NCBI GenBank assembly: GCA_963792585.1
Contig: CAWBWI010000002.1
Span: forward strand, 96,001 to 160,000
DNA length: 64,000 nt
Origin: Candidatus Eiseniibacteriota bacterium
GTDB taxonomy: Bacteria; Eisenbacteria; RBG-16-71-46; CAIMUX01; VGJL01
Direction: 5' to 3'
The position numbers and the translations under genes were made by a program. The notes beneath the pieces were generated by a model. The model ran no database searches and was not told where the DNA came from. It saw nothing but the letters and a program-made list of their open reading frames with translations. Below are positions 1 to 9,522 of this stretch, piece by piece. Within the stretch, counting starts at the first letter, position 1. Each line of letters begins with the position of its first letter.

Positions 1-88
1 CATACCGAGAGAACAACAGCCCGCAGACCAAACAGCCCAGCTGCAGACCGACAGACGGCGGACATGTTCAACGACGCTACGCATTTTC

Positions 89-950
89 CTAAGGCCGCCC
101 TTCAGTCGGCCCGCGACCCACAGCAATTCCAGCAGTTACGGCCGGACCCCTCCCCTTGCGGTAAGGGGAGGACATAAGGGGAGGACGGAGCTCGTTCACC
201 GCGCCCGTCAGGTGCGCCCGAAGCTCCTCGCGGTCTCGCCAAACCATCCACCAGCCGGACCAATGCCCCGCAATGCACGACTCGACGGATCGTCTTCTCG
301 GAGCAGAGGCGCCGGGCACGAAGGCACACAGCCCGAACTCGGGCCAGCCGAAGAGCCCCCCGTTTTGACGCTGCCTCTCGTATGCCCCGATTTTCCGGGC
401 GAGAACGGACAGCGCCTCCGTTCCAAGGTCCACTTCCAGGGCTAGGCGAATGGCGAGCGGGTCGTCACGACGTCCGATCGAAAGCTGAACCACGGCGTCC
501 GGAATCACGGGGGATCCGACCGTGTCGGGATGTTCTCGAATCTCCCAGTCGGACCGAACCAGATCGAGTCGCAAGCCGTCAATTTCGGTCGGCCACGATG
601 GCCAGATCAACCCAGGCGCGAACAATGGACAGGTGGTGCGCGACGCCGCCGCGTGGCGCCCGCAATGGCTGACCGCCATGTGCCTGGACCCAGGCGCGGC
701 CGGCAGGGCCGAGGACGTAGCGGTTCTCCTCCGATCGGTCACCAGAACGGACGTCAAGAAACCCGGCATCGAAGAGCCGACGCAGTCGACAGGCAACCGT
801 GTCCCGCCGGGTGTTGGGAAATGCGAAGCAAACTAGGTCGCTGGTTCGAGCCAGACGAAATCGGGCAAGCGCATCAAGAACGACCTGGTCCCGCTCAGAC
901 AGGCGGACGCGTACTCCGCTGCGGCGGCGGTCTCGTGGCTGCCGACTCAT
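89..950 (-). CDS. Replication-relaxation (Replic_Relax) family protein, split by a frameshift near 580-600
   Basis: N-half (579..950): LSERDQVVLDALARFRLART, RLRRLFDAGFL, HHLSIV. C-half (frame of 89..796): IPDAVV...LALEVDLGTE..LARKIGAY. ATG at 950 overlaps the upstream stop (ATGA). Confidence 0.8.
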
Positions 951-1285
951 GACGGATCCCGCATCAGGGGGTTGAGGATGGGGATTCCGCAATGCCTGCA
1001 CGGGGTCCAACCCGCTGACTGTTTGCAGACGCGGCAACGGGCGAAGACCCACCCTTCATGCAGGTGGGCCGGCGCCGCGCTCGAGCACTCGAACACACCA
1101 TAGGCCGGACTCTCATGGCCCCGGGGACAGATGAGAGTCTCAGAACGAAGCTCGGGCAGCATTCGGAGAAACCAGACGGTCCGACGGACGGTCTGAAGGC
1201 CCAGCCAGACGGTGGCGAGGATCCAGGACCCCGCTCGAAACACGGTGAGGACCATTCGCCCCGCCAATCCGAAATCCCCGTCCAT
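947..1285 (-). CDS. Small membrane-anchored Cys/His zinc-ribbon protein
   Basis: Hydrophobic N-terminus, then CPRGH, CRVC and CRHC motifs. Tightly packed between the VirD4-like and relaxase genes. Confidence 0.6.
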   Translation of the reverse strand: MDGDFGLAGRMVLTVFRAGSWILATVWLGLQTVRRTVWFLRMLPELRSETLICPRGHESPAYGVFECSSAAPAHLHEGWVFARCRVCKQSAGWTPCRHCGIPILNPLMRDPS

Positions 1286-1290
1286 GTCCG

Positions 1291-2850
1291 TTACCCCAGA
1301 CACGGGAACGACTCGTCCCGCCCTTCCGCGTCCGTGTTCGTGAAGACCGGCTTGCCCCGTCTCGTAGCCTCAGGAGCGCACTCCAGGTCCGCTTCGACCC
1401 GTTCGCGGGGTAACGCCACGATCCCGCGCTCGAGAAACGCACGGATTTCGTCAGGCAGCCCTTCACCGGTTGCCCGAAGCCTTGCAAGATCAAGTCGGGG
1501 CGAGCGCACCTTCTGGGCACGAAACGGCCGGCTCTTCAGCCACAGGTAGAAGGTGCGATTCGGCAGTCTTGGAATCTCTTCCAAGAGTCGTTGGCGTTCG
1601 GCGTGCGCCTGCTTCGGGTCGGCGCCGAGCGGCAAGGCGTGGGTGATCGACTTGGCGTCCTCGAAATTGGACCGGAAGATCGCTTCCAGGTCGGCGTTCG
1701 TGCGCAGGAGCTTCACCAGGCCCGAATCGAGTTGCGCGATCTGCTGATTGATGAACGTGAGCCCCACTTTTTCGTGTCGCGCCAGCGCCAGGAGGCGGCT
1801 GAACTGCTCGGTCTGCTTGCCAGATACCGCTTCCTGGAATTCCTCGAAAAGTACCCAGGCTTGCCGGGACCGATCAGTCAGGCGCCGCGACAGAATCGCC
1901 CGGCTCAATCGTCCAACCAGGATGCCGGCCCAGAACCGCGCCGCCCGTTCCGCACCGGCCGGGGGGTCTCCGAGGTCGATCACCGTCACGCCCCGAGAGA
2001 GGCTGTCCGCGAACGAGACACATCCGGGAGTGGAAAGCGCGAGGCGCGTTTGTCGCAGGAAGAGAAATACGTCGAGCCGGGCAATGAGCGCATCAACCGA
2101 CGCCCGCGCTTCTCGGGCGAACGTGCCGGCGGCGTACTGCCGGATCACCGGGTCGGAAGAGTTCCGCGCCTCGTCTTCGAACGTGCGGGGCTGTTCCAAC
2201 CACTGCTGCAACGCGGTCAGAGGTAGATTGCGCTCGATGGCGAGCGAAACGAGCTTCAGAAACACGCGGTTCATGCGGATGCCGAGATCGTTCCCGATCG
2301 TGTCCTCGATGGCCGAGGCGATCGCGAAGGCCTGGACTTCACGCGGAACGCCCGGCTCGGGCAGGGTGATGCGAAGCTCGGGCACGTACCGCGCGTCAAA
2401 GGGCCGAATGATCCTAAGCCGTTCGAGTAGCCGGCACCCGCGATCGGTTTGGGCGAGCTGCGGCAAGGCCACCTGGGTGAGGAGCACCGAGAGTTCGCCC
2501 TTGAGGTCTACGAGTACCACCGGATGCCGGCCGGATCGAAGCACCTGAAGGAGCAGGGCGAGCACGAAGAAGCTCTTGCCCGCACCGGTGCTGCCGGTAA
2601 TCCAGCTGTGCATCGAGAGCAGCTCTCTGGCGGGAAGCCCAGCCCAGAACGCCTCTCCCTCGAGCGAGACAACTCTGGCCAGGCGGACCTTGCTACTCCG
2701 GCTGCCCACCGCCATCGCCTGCTCGAAGCTCCGCTGGTCGCGCCGGGCGTCGTGGTCCTTCTCCAAGGCGATTTGTCTCTGCCAGTGCCGGGCGCGCTCT
2801 TCCTCTCCGTGGACGAGCCGGGAGCGCAACGACAGGAATGATGAGTGCAT
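1291..2850 (-). CDS. VirD4/TraG/TrwB-like type IV coupling ATPase
   Basis: Walker A GSTGAGKS, VLVDLKGE, Walker B FEEFQE, LARHEKVGLTFINQQIAQL. Lies next to the relaxase. Confidence 0.8.
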   Translation of the reverse strand: MHSSFLSLRSRLVHGEEERARHWQRQIALEKDHDARRDQRSFEQAMAVGSRSSKVRLARVVSLEGEAFWAGLPARELLSMHSWITGSTGAGKSFFVLALLLQVLRSGRHPVVLVDLKGELSVLLTQVALPQLAQTDRGCRLLERLRIIRPFDARYVPELRITLPEPGVPREVQAFAIASAIEDTIGNDLGIRMNRVFLKLVSLAIERNLPLTALQQWLEQPRTFEDEARNSSDPVIRQYAAGTFAREARASVDALIARLDVFLFLRQTRLALSTPGCVSFADSLSRGVTVIDLGDPPAGAERAARFWAGILVGRLSRAILSRRLTDRSRQAWVLFEEFQEAVSGKQTEQFSRLLALARHEKVGLTFINQQIAQLDSGLVKLLRTNADLEAIFRSNFEDAKSITHALPLGADPKQAHAERQRLLEEIPRLPNRTFYLWLKSRPFRAQKVRSPRLDLARLRATGEGLPDEIRAFLERGIVALPRERVEADLECAPEATRRGKPVFTNTDAEGRDESFPCLG

Positions 2851-2856
2851 GAATCG

Positions 2857-3210
2857 CTACTCCTCCTCGAAGGGGAGTTCAGGGTCATCGTCTTCAGGAA
2901 TCCTTGCTTGATCGTCGAAGGGGGCGTCGTCGGCCGGACGCCGGACCGTGGCTCTTTCTCGACGCTCCCACAGCTCTCGCTCCCGCGGGGTTCTGGCCGC
3001 ACCGGATTGAGTGAATCGATGAAGGCGCGCAAGCAGTCCGATGCCGAACAGAGCCCAGAAGAGTCCGCTGAGCGCCCATTCGAAGAACCCGCCGGAAGGC
3101 GCGCCGTGCGGCCTTGAGCCGATCAAGGTCTTCCCAAGCTCAGCGAGCGTGGTCGGCAGGACCATGACGATGAGCGCCAGGACGATGGCGCCTTTGGCCA
3201 GTCGTGACAT
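2857..3210 (-). CDS. Small two-TM membrane protein
   Basis: Two hydrophobic segments and an acidic tail. 2-6 nt spacing to neighbours. Confidence 0.65.
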   Translation of the reverse strand: MSRLAKGAIVLALIVMVLPTTLAELGKTLIGSRPHGAPSGGFFEWALSGLFWALFGIGLLARLHRFTQSGAARTPRERELWERRERATVRRPADDAPFDDQARIPEDDDPELPFEEE

Positions 3211-3212
3211 GG

Positions 3213-3809
3213 CTACTCCAGGGCGAGGATGGTCCTGGACGGGACCTCACACCGGACACCGTCTGACAGGATCAGGATGGAGCGGGAACGGCCGCGCTTC
3301 TCAATCACGACCCGCTCGCCCGGCCGGATCACTCGATGGGTCGTCGCATCCTCAAAGAGCAGGCTGTCCACGACGATCCCCGGTCCATGCCACGGCTTGG
3401 TGTCTTTCCCCAAGAACCCACCCCAGACCCAGCCGCCATACTCCCCGGGAACGCGCACCTGATACCAGCCGTTCTCTGACTTCTCGATCCGGGCTTTGTC
3501 GCCTACGGTAAGAAGTCGGTACACCCGAGCAGAACTGTTCGGTGCGGCGCACAGAGGTACGTTCTCCGCCACGATCCGGCTATGAAACTGCCGCATGGAT
3601 GCTTCATGAACCTGATAGCCAGCCACACCGACGATCACCAATAGCAGGATCACCGCACAGGCAATGATCTCACCACTCACGCCGCTCGGAGCTGTTGCTT
3701 GCGGTGTTGGCCGGGGGACGCTTCGGGTTGCCGGGTTCGAGAGTGCTCGGGCCACCTCGGGTCGGAGGTTTCCGTATTCGTCGGCCAGCCAGTCCGTGTC
3801 AGAGTTCAT
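3213..3809 (-). CDS. Membrane-anchored bacterial SH3-domain protein
   Basis: TM segment IIACAVILLLVIVGVAG, then SH3b pattern NVPL..PNSSARV..L..GDK..I..ENGWYQV....GWVWGGFL. Confidence 0.7.
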   Translation of the reverse strand: MNSDTDWLADEYGNLRPEVARALSNPATRSVPRPTPQATAPSGVSGEIIACAVILLLVIVGVAGYQVHEASMRQFHSRIVAENVPLCAAPNSSARVYRLLTVGDKARIEKSENGWYQVRVPGEYGGWVWGGFLGKDTKPWHGPGIVVDSLLFEDATTHRVIRPGERVVIEKRGRSRSILILSDGVRCEVPSRTILALE

Positions 3810-4935
3810 TGCATCCCGCCTCGCTATCTGTCTTCCAGCCACACACCGGGCAGGGCTCCCGTCGGGCTACTCGGGCATGGATCAGGTCGAAGGGCATGTT
3901 GAATAGCTCGGCGAGTCCGCCTTGAGGAACACTGCCGCCGTGCAACAGCAGGAATTCGTGGCCGGAAGCAACAAGGTCTGCACGGCTTCCCATGGGATCC
4001 AGGAGAGCGAGGACGTGCGCGGTGGCAACAGCGGACAGGTACGCGATATCTGCTCCAAGGCCGGGTTCCGCTTCGAGGCGCTCAGTGTCGGCCGACTGGT
4101 AGGCTTGCCGACGTTCCTTGACCGACACTCCTTCGCCGAGGCCCAGCCGGAAACCAATCGCACAGAAGGCACAAGGTCCTTGGCCCGGCCGCACGACGAT
4201 GATCTCACCGCCTGAGGCGCGCTCGTAAGCTCCAATGAAGATGCCCGGAGTGTTGGTCCGATGCAGCTTTCGTTTGCCACGAAATTGCGCGGCCGGACTG
4301 TCGGTGGAGGCGACAACCACATCCGATGCTCCGATCAGCTTGTCCAGATCGGCCTCTGAAAGTGTCAGTAGATCGATGTCATGCCCGTCACCGTGGGCCA
4401 GGCGCCGCTTCAAGAGATCGGCCACGACACGGACCTTGGGTCGGGCGAGATCCATGAGGTCCCCCGCATGACGGGAGAGGTTGGCGGCGTCTAGCGTATC
4501 GTTGTCGACGATTCCGAATCGACCGACTCCGGCTTCCGCCAGCAGAAGGCCGACCTGCGACCCGACGCTACCGGCGCCGACGAGCAGGACTGAGCGCTCC
4601 GCCAGACTCATCCCCGTAGAGGGACGGATCCGTCGACTGTCCAGACCTTCCTCCACATCGACCAGATGGACCTCATTTGGTCTCGGTAGCCCGTGGCGAA
4701 GCTTCAGCGCGTACTCGTTTCCGTCCACGCTGAGAATCAGCGAGCCCGGATGAATTGGCTTCCTCGTTGCGATGCCGAGTTCCTCCAGTTGACCGTCTGG
4801 CCAGGGTTCGCTGCTCAGAATCTGGATAAGGCTTTCGCTCAGTCTTGCCAGGCCGTAGACGGGCGACGAGTCGCTTGAAGATGCTGCGGCCAGGATGGCC
4901 TGCCTGCTCGCTACGAGCCGAGGCGCGACACTCAT
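3799..4935 (-). CDS. ThiF/E1-like adenylyltransferase
   Basis: VLLVGAGSVGS, IVDNDTLDAANLSRH, PKV, VVASTDS, Zn motifs CAFC and CPVC. A short compensated double frameshift is likely at ~4260-4285 (alternate frame reads FVANESCI). Confidence 0.9.
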   Translation of the reverse strand: MSVAPRLVASRQAILAAASSSDSSPVYGLARLSESLIQILSSEPWPDGQLEELGIATRKPIHPGSLILSVDGNEYALKLRHGLPRPNEVHLVDVEEGLDSRRIRPSTGMSLAERSVLLVGAGSVGSQVGLLLAEAGVGRFGIVDNDTLDAANLSRHAGDLMDLARPKVRVVADLLKRRLAHGDGHDIDLLTLSEADLDKLIGASDVVVASTDSPAAQFRGKRKLHRTNTPGIFIGAYERASGGEIIVVRPGQGPCAFCAIGFRLGLGEGVSVKERRQAYQSADTERLEAEPGLGADIAYLSAVATAHVLALLDPMGSRADLVASGHEFLLLHGGSVPQGGLAELFNMPFDLIHARVARREPCPVCGWKTDSEAGCNEL

Positions 4936-5458
4936 GCGGGACCTTCTCCTTTCCTTTCGGCGGTTCATTCAGAAGAATCCTTCGAATCCGCGGGTCCGAA
5001 TCGGGCACGATTTCAATGGGGATCTCCACGAAATCGTCGGCCTCTCGTGTCATCAGGTAGGCGCGCAGATGGACCTCACCGTCTTGAAGCGTTGCGATCG
5101 GGAACGCAGCCATTTCCGTGTCCCAATCCGGACTCGTCACAATCTCTCGGGCTGTCTGCCAGTCACGGCGACTCGGATGGTCCATTCGACCTGGGTGGAG
5201 GTGGACATCCCCTTGGTAAGAGAGAGTGAAGCGCTTAAAGAGATAGTCGAGATAGTGCTGTTGCCAGGCACAATCCGGCTCGAAGCCCGTCAGCGAGCGT
5301 CCAGCATTCGGCCCCGCCGGCACGACAAAGGGCACGATCAGATCTTCGCCAAGTTTGCCGCCGACCAATATGGCGCCGGTCTCTGTTTGGCTGTACTCAA
5401 GGCAATCATTCACAAGCATGTCGTGCGCTCGATTGGACAGGACTAGAGTCGGAGGCAT
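4673..5458 (-). CDS. JAB/MPN+ metallo-isopeptidase (true end probably ~4932)
   Basis: ETGAILVG ... HLHPGRMDHPSRRD matches the E..HxH-x7-SxxD JAMM motif. ATG overlaps the E2 stop. The ORF runs ~260 nt into the E1 gene, suggesting an indel. Confidence 0.85.
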   Translation of the reverse strand: MPPTLVLSNRAHDMLVNDCLEYSQTETGAILVGGKLGEDLIVPFVVPAGPNAGRSLTGFEPDCAWQQHYLDYLFKRFTLSYQGDVHLHPGRMDHPSRRDWQTAREIVTSPDWDTEMAAFPIATLQDGEVHLRAYLMTREADDFVEIPIEIVPDSDPRIRRILLNEPPKGKEKVPHECRASARSEQAGHPGRSIFKRLVARLRPGKTERKPYPDSEQRTLARRSTGGTRHRNEEANSSGLADSQRGRKRVRAEASPRATETK

Positions 5459-5875
5459 CAAAACACCTCCCCGTTTTCGAGCCAGTTGAGATAGGCGATC
5501 AGCCAGGAGGCAGCGAGCCCGACACAGCTTGCGGCAGTCCCGGTCATCGGATCCCACGATGCCTTGTGCACGCAGATGCTGTGCGTCATCTGCATAGACA
5601 TGCGGCGCACCTGATTGAAGAGGCGGATGCTCGAGAAACAATTTGGGTTCGGAGTAGGGGAATTGCGTCGGATAACGCAGCGAGACAACGAAGGGATATC
5701 CTGGAACCGGCTCAAGGACCCCGACCCATCGGAGCCCGCCGTCCCCAGCCTGCGCAAGCTTGAAGCCTGGGAAGCGACTTCCCATGATTTCAGCCTCAGC
5801 CACCAACCGTGATCGCCACTTCGGGTCTTCCCACCACACGGTTTGGCATACCTCCCGGCGAGGGCGAGAAGGCAC
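5458..5875 (-). CDS. Prokaryotic E2 (UBC-fold) protein, frameshift near 5582
   Basis: RLVAEAEIM, WVGVL, YPTQFPYSEPKL, APHVYADD / SICVHKASWDP..TAASCVGLAASWL. The catalytic Cys lies after the HVY motif once the frames are joined. Confidence 0.8.
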
Positions 5876-5898
5876 CCGCCCCCGCCGTCTTGTGGGTT

Positions 5899-6538
5899 CT
5901 AGTTACGCCGAGTTGACTCGATCACCGAGAGGCTCTCCACCCCTCCTGCGACCTCGTCAGCGCGGATTGTGAACAGCCGTCCATTGATAGCCACCGCGAT
6001 GGCCTTCTGGCCTGCGGTGACGAGAAGCCGATCAGGAGAGGTCAGGATCGCTGCGTGCTCGCCATCGGTCGGAGGGTTGGGTAAGTACGACAGGACGACC
6101 TTGACGGGCTCGGGGCCGGTCGACCGGCCCTCGTCTACCCACCTCCCAGATCCGGGAATCGCAGTCACTCCGCCTGCGATTTCGAGGAGCGAGGTTTCGA
6201 GCGCGGCCGCACCGAGATCGGCAGGAAGTCGGTGACCGCTGCGGTCGTTCACAGGTGCAAAGACAACCAACTGGCGTGCGTTCTTCAGCGCATTCGCCAG
6301 CCCGGCCCGGTCGGTTCTGGGATCGGGCAAGTCCTCGCATCCACCGACGACAGCTAGCCCGCCGATTGAGAGGCCGAAGGTGCGCGGCACCAGCTTCGTT
6401 ACCTTCCTTGTGGGTAATCTGTCCGCCCGTTCGGCTTGTGGGGTCTGAGCCTCGCGGACATGGCCGATTTGGATCGACTTCGACCTCGCGATCGCGACGT
6501 ACGACGGCATCACGCAGCCGCCGCAGGTTCTCGTTCAT
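5899..6538 (-). CDS. Hypothetical protein heading the E2-JAB-E1 operon, frameshift near 6466
   Basis: Strong RBS (AAGGAGGT) before ATG 6538. Joined frames give MNENLRRLRDAVVRRDREVEVDPNGHVRE...TKLVPRTFG-LSIGG-LAVVGG followed by an alpha/beta domain (GGVT..PGSGRWVD..EPV..GQKAIAVAING). Confidence 0.65.
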
Positions 6539-7134
6539 CGAACACCTCCTTTGAGTGTGTGGACCTGCGTCATCCCAATGTCACCGTGAATGGCGTCTCG
6601 TATACACCAGCCACGGCATCGTACGTTAAGAAACACATCGTGCTTCCATTTCGTGAGCCGTAGTTGTTCGCCACCTGAAAAACGCAGCCACGTGTAGTAA
6701 ATGCGATAGCGATGAGTATGAAGCGCCTGCCGTTCGGCTGGCGTCATTGCTCCAGGCCGAAGCTTGGCTGTCTTCTCTATGGCCACGCGCAGTCGAGGCG
6801 GCTCGATCGATTCGATGAAGCGCGCAAGCTCCGCTTCCGCCAAGGCATCCCAGGGAGTACGGTCGTCCTTTGCAGTCGGGTATGTGAGTGCTGTCGACCT
6901 GCTGTCTGATGCGAGAACGTGCTGGCGTTGGTATAGGGTCTCGCGGCGACAGACATTGAACATGCGCAGTTTCGCGATTCGCACGCTGCGCCCTTCGATC
7001 AGGGCGGCGATCAGTGCCGCACTGAGGCACTCGTCGGCCAGGTGGGAATCGCGGCCCGCAATCCGGCGCGCATAGCAGCGCAGGATCTGAACGATCTGGT
7101 CCTGGGTCAGCGGCCGAGGCGTGGATTTCGGCAC
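6535..7134 (-). CDS. Hypothetical protein, weakly sigma-70/ECF-like
   Basis: LRCYARRIAGRDSHLADECLSAALIA resembles sigma region 2. Stop overlaps the next ATG. Confidence 0.4.
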   Translation of the reverse strand: MPKSTPRPLTQDQIVQILRCYARRIAGRDSHLADECLSAALIAALIEGRSVRIAKLRMFNVCRRETLYQRQHVLASDSRSTALTYPTAKDDRTPWDALAEAELARFIESIEPPRLRVAIEKTAKLRPGAMTPAERQALHTHRYRIYYTWLRFSGGEQLRLTKWKHDVFLNVRCRGWCIRDAIHGDIGMTQVHTLKGGVR

Positions 7135-7905
7135 GGATTGTCCCTCCGACGGCCTTCGGAGGGCGCCCAGTTATCCACAGGGTCGTCCCTTGCAAGATTC
7201 TGCCAGCCGTGCTATCGTGCCCGGCAGATAATCGAGGGGTTCTTACCTACGGCAACGTGGGGCGCCTCCGAAAAGCTGGTTTGCGAACGGCGTCCTTCTG
7301 GGATTGTTCGCAGGCCTGAGTCCAAAGCGTCGAGCCTCTAGATCCAGGCGGCAGTAGGTGAACACTACTCGCCGCCTTTTTCCTTTTGGCCAGCGCGGTT
7401 CTTGTTCTTCGAAAGAGACGTGAGAAACTCTGTCAGGTCGGCATATCGATCCTCCTTCAAAACGCCTCCGCCTTGCCGAGGGCGTGATTGCATCAAAAGT
7501 TCGCCTGTGATCGCCTTTACGATCCAATGTCCGTGCTCGCTCAACGCACGAAGCTCCGTCAGAGTCGCGGCCCGGAGAGCAGCGGCCCCATTTGCAGGAA
7601 CGCGAACCAAGATCTCTGCCGGCGACGTGGTGCCGTCGACGCGAATCCGAGGCTTGTCGGGCCGCTCGCGCCACAGAGACGAAAGCGTGGGACAAACACT
7701 CGGCGCTGGCGGCGTTATCTGTTGTCCTGCATCCGTTTCTCCCTCTGATCGTGTCGCCGTCCCGAACCAACCCGAGATTCGCGAGGCTCGGCTGCTTCTT
7801 GCGCCCGCTCTTGTCGACCCTGCATCCGGGCGGGGGACCCGCTATAATGTCTCGATAGTCCACGCCCTGAGGTGCGATTGTCGCCGAGGCACGACGTGAC
7901 AAGGT

Positions 7906-9522
7906 GTGACAAGATCAATGCGCTCGAAAACACAGGTAGCCGACTGGAGTGGTCCCAGCGCCCTCGGCGAGATGCTTCATCGCCTCCGTCCCCAAGCCCG
8001 CTCTATCCTGGCCGTCCTCACGGCCGCCGCGAGATGGCCGGAGAGATACCCCGCGGGACTTGTTCCCATAAGAGAGCTATCCGAAAGCTCGCGCTTCATC
8101 ACCGACAACCCAACCAGTATTCGCCAGGCCGTTCATCGAGCCCGCCAACAATTCCGCGTCCTCCCCGGCGTTTCCACGACCGTGCAGGAGCGCATGCACC
8201 TGCGTTTCGAGACACCTCCGGACCAACACCTCGTGGATTGGTTGCATGAATCCGGTTGGCGGGATCTTCGACCGGAATTTTGGCGGGAGTTCCTGCGATC
8301 TGCTCCTGCCCCTGATTCTCCAAGTGATGCGATGCAAACGCTGGATGCAATCGTTGCGCGTCGCCTTGTTCTCCAAGGCGACTGCGCTGGAGCGCTGTCG
8401 CTGACCACGGCGGCGCTCCGACGTGAAACCGATCCGTATCACCGCGCGGGTCTAATTCTCGTTCGCGTTCTGGCCCTCAACGAGCGCGGATTAGCCAGTG
8501 ACTGGATCGCTGCCGAAAGGTTGCTTCGTGAGGCCTCCCGACTCGCGCGTTCGGGTTTGACGACGCGTGATCGTGTCGTTCTTTGCCGAGTGTGGGTTGA
8601 GCTGGCCTACACGCACCTGCTGGCCCTCGGTCGGGAACCTGCGAGTGCCACAGCCACTCTCCGGCATTTAGAGTCCGCAAGTGCCTGGCTGGATCGTTCT
8701 CGGCCCCTGGAGCCGGCTCTGGAGTCCTTGGACCGCGCCCGAATCCTTGAGGTCGGGGGCCTGCTCCGTGCATGGGAGGCGCGAAGCCCCACCGGGTCGA
8801 TACGGGACAAGCCTTACGACGAAGCTGAGGGCGACCTCCTGCGATCCCTTTCCCTTTACCGGGCTACCGGTGACGGCAACGGCGTACGAAACGTGATGTT
8901 CCAGCTGGGGGAGCTCTGCTATGACCGATCCCGCCTCCATCGCCTGCCTGCCTCCGAGGAGCCCATCGCTGAAGCGTTTACCTGGTACTATGCCAGCCTG
9001 CAATTGAGCACTCGCCTCGGTCTATCTGAAGGGTCGGCTTTGGTCCGAGCCCGCCTTGCTGAGCTTCTAGGTATCCTCGCGGAGATTCGATTCCGACTGA
9101 GTGCCTTCTCCCCCCATGCTGAGCGGGTTCGGATGACGCAGCTCGGACAGCTTAGGAGCTACGCAGCCCTCCCGCAGAAGCAGGCCCTCCAGGAGATGGA
9201 CGACTTCCTCAAGCCTCTGTGCGAACATGCGCATCTGCTCGAGAGCCTTCGACTGGCGTGGCGAGCCGACACCGTCCTGGCCGGAGTTGTCGGGAAAAAC
9301 CCAACGGAGTACCGCATCATCAAGGAAATCATGAACCGCCTTGCTCAGTTCGCCCGGTCCGCGGGCATCCTCCAGATCCGGGACGCTGCGACGCTCAAGC
9401 AACAGCACAGTGTATTCCTCCTGATGATTGGCGCGAAGAAGGAAGGGCTGTTGGACGTTGCCCTGCCCCCCGGCTGTCCGGATATTGGCCCCAACAAGAA
9501 AAGAGGCACCTACGATCTGTAG
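7906..9522 (+). CDS. Hypothetical helical-repeat (TPR-like) protein with possible N-terminal HTH
   Basis: 538 aa Ala/Leu/Arg-rich helices such as YDEAEGDLLRSLSLYRATGD..VMFQLGELC and EAFTWYYASL. Confidence 0.55.
   Translation: MTRSMRSKTQVADWSGPSALGEMLHRLRPQARSILAVLTAAARWPERYPAGLVPIRELSESSRFITDNPTSIRQAVHRARQQFRVLPGVSTTVQERMHLRFETPPDQHLVDWLHESGWRDLRPEFWREFLRSAPAPDSPSDAMQTLDAIVARRLVLQGDCAGALSLTTAALRRETDPYHRAGLILVRVLALNERGLASDWIAAERLLREASRLARSGLTTRDRVVLCRVWVELAYTHLLALGREPASATATLRHLESASAWLDRSRPLEPALESLDRARILEVGGLLRAWEARSPTGSIRDKPYDEAEGDLLRSLSLYRATGDGNGVRNVMFQLGELCYDRSRLHRLPASEEPIAEAFTWYYASLQLSTRLGLSEGSALVRARLAELLGILAEIRFRLSAFSPHAERVRMTQLGQLRSYAALPQKQALQEMDDFLKPLCEHAHLLESLRLAWRADTVLAGVVGKNPTEYRIIKEIMNRLAQFARSAGILQIRDAATLKQQHSVFLLMIGAKKEGLLDVALPPGCPDIGPNKKRGTYDL

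Noticed and set aside
4673..5875. 400-aa E2-JAB fusion as given in the ORF track
   Set aside because: The E2 catalytic Cys and C-terminus lie in another frame ending at 5458 and overlapping the JAB ATG. The fusion is an indel artefact.
3799..5875. CBASS Cap2/Cap3 or ThiF/MoeB cofactor biosynthesis
   Set aside because: No CD-NTase, sulfur-carrier, thiamine or Moco genes nearby.
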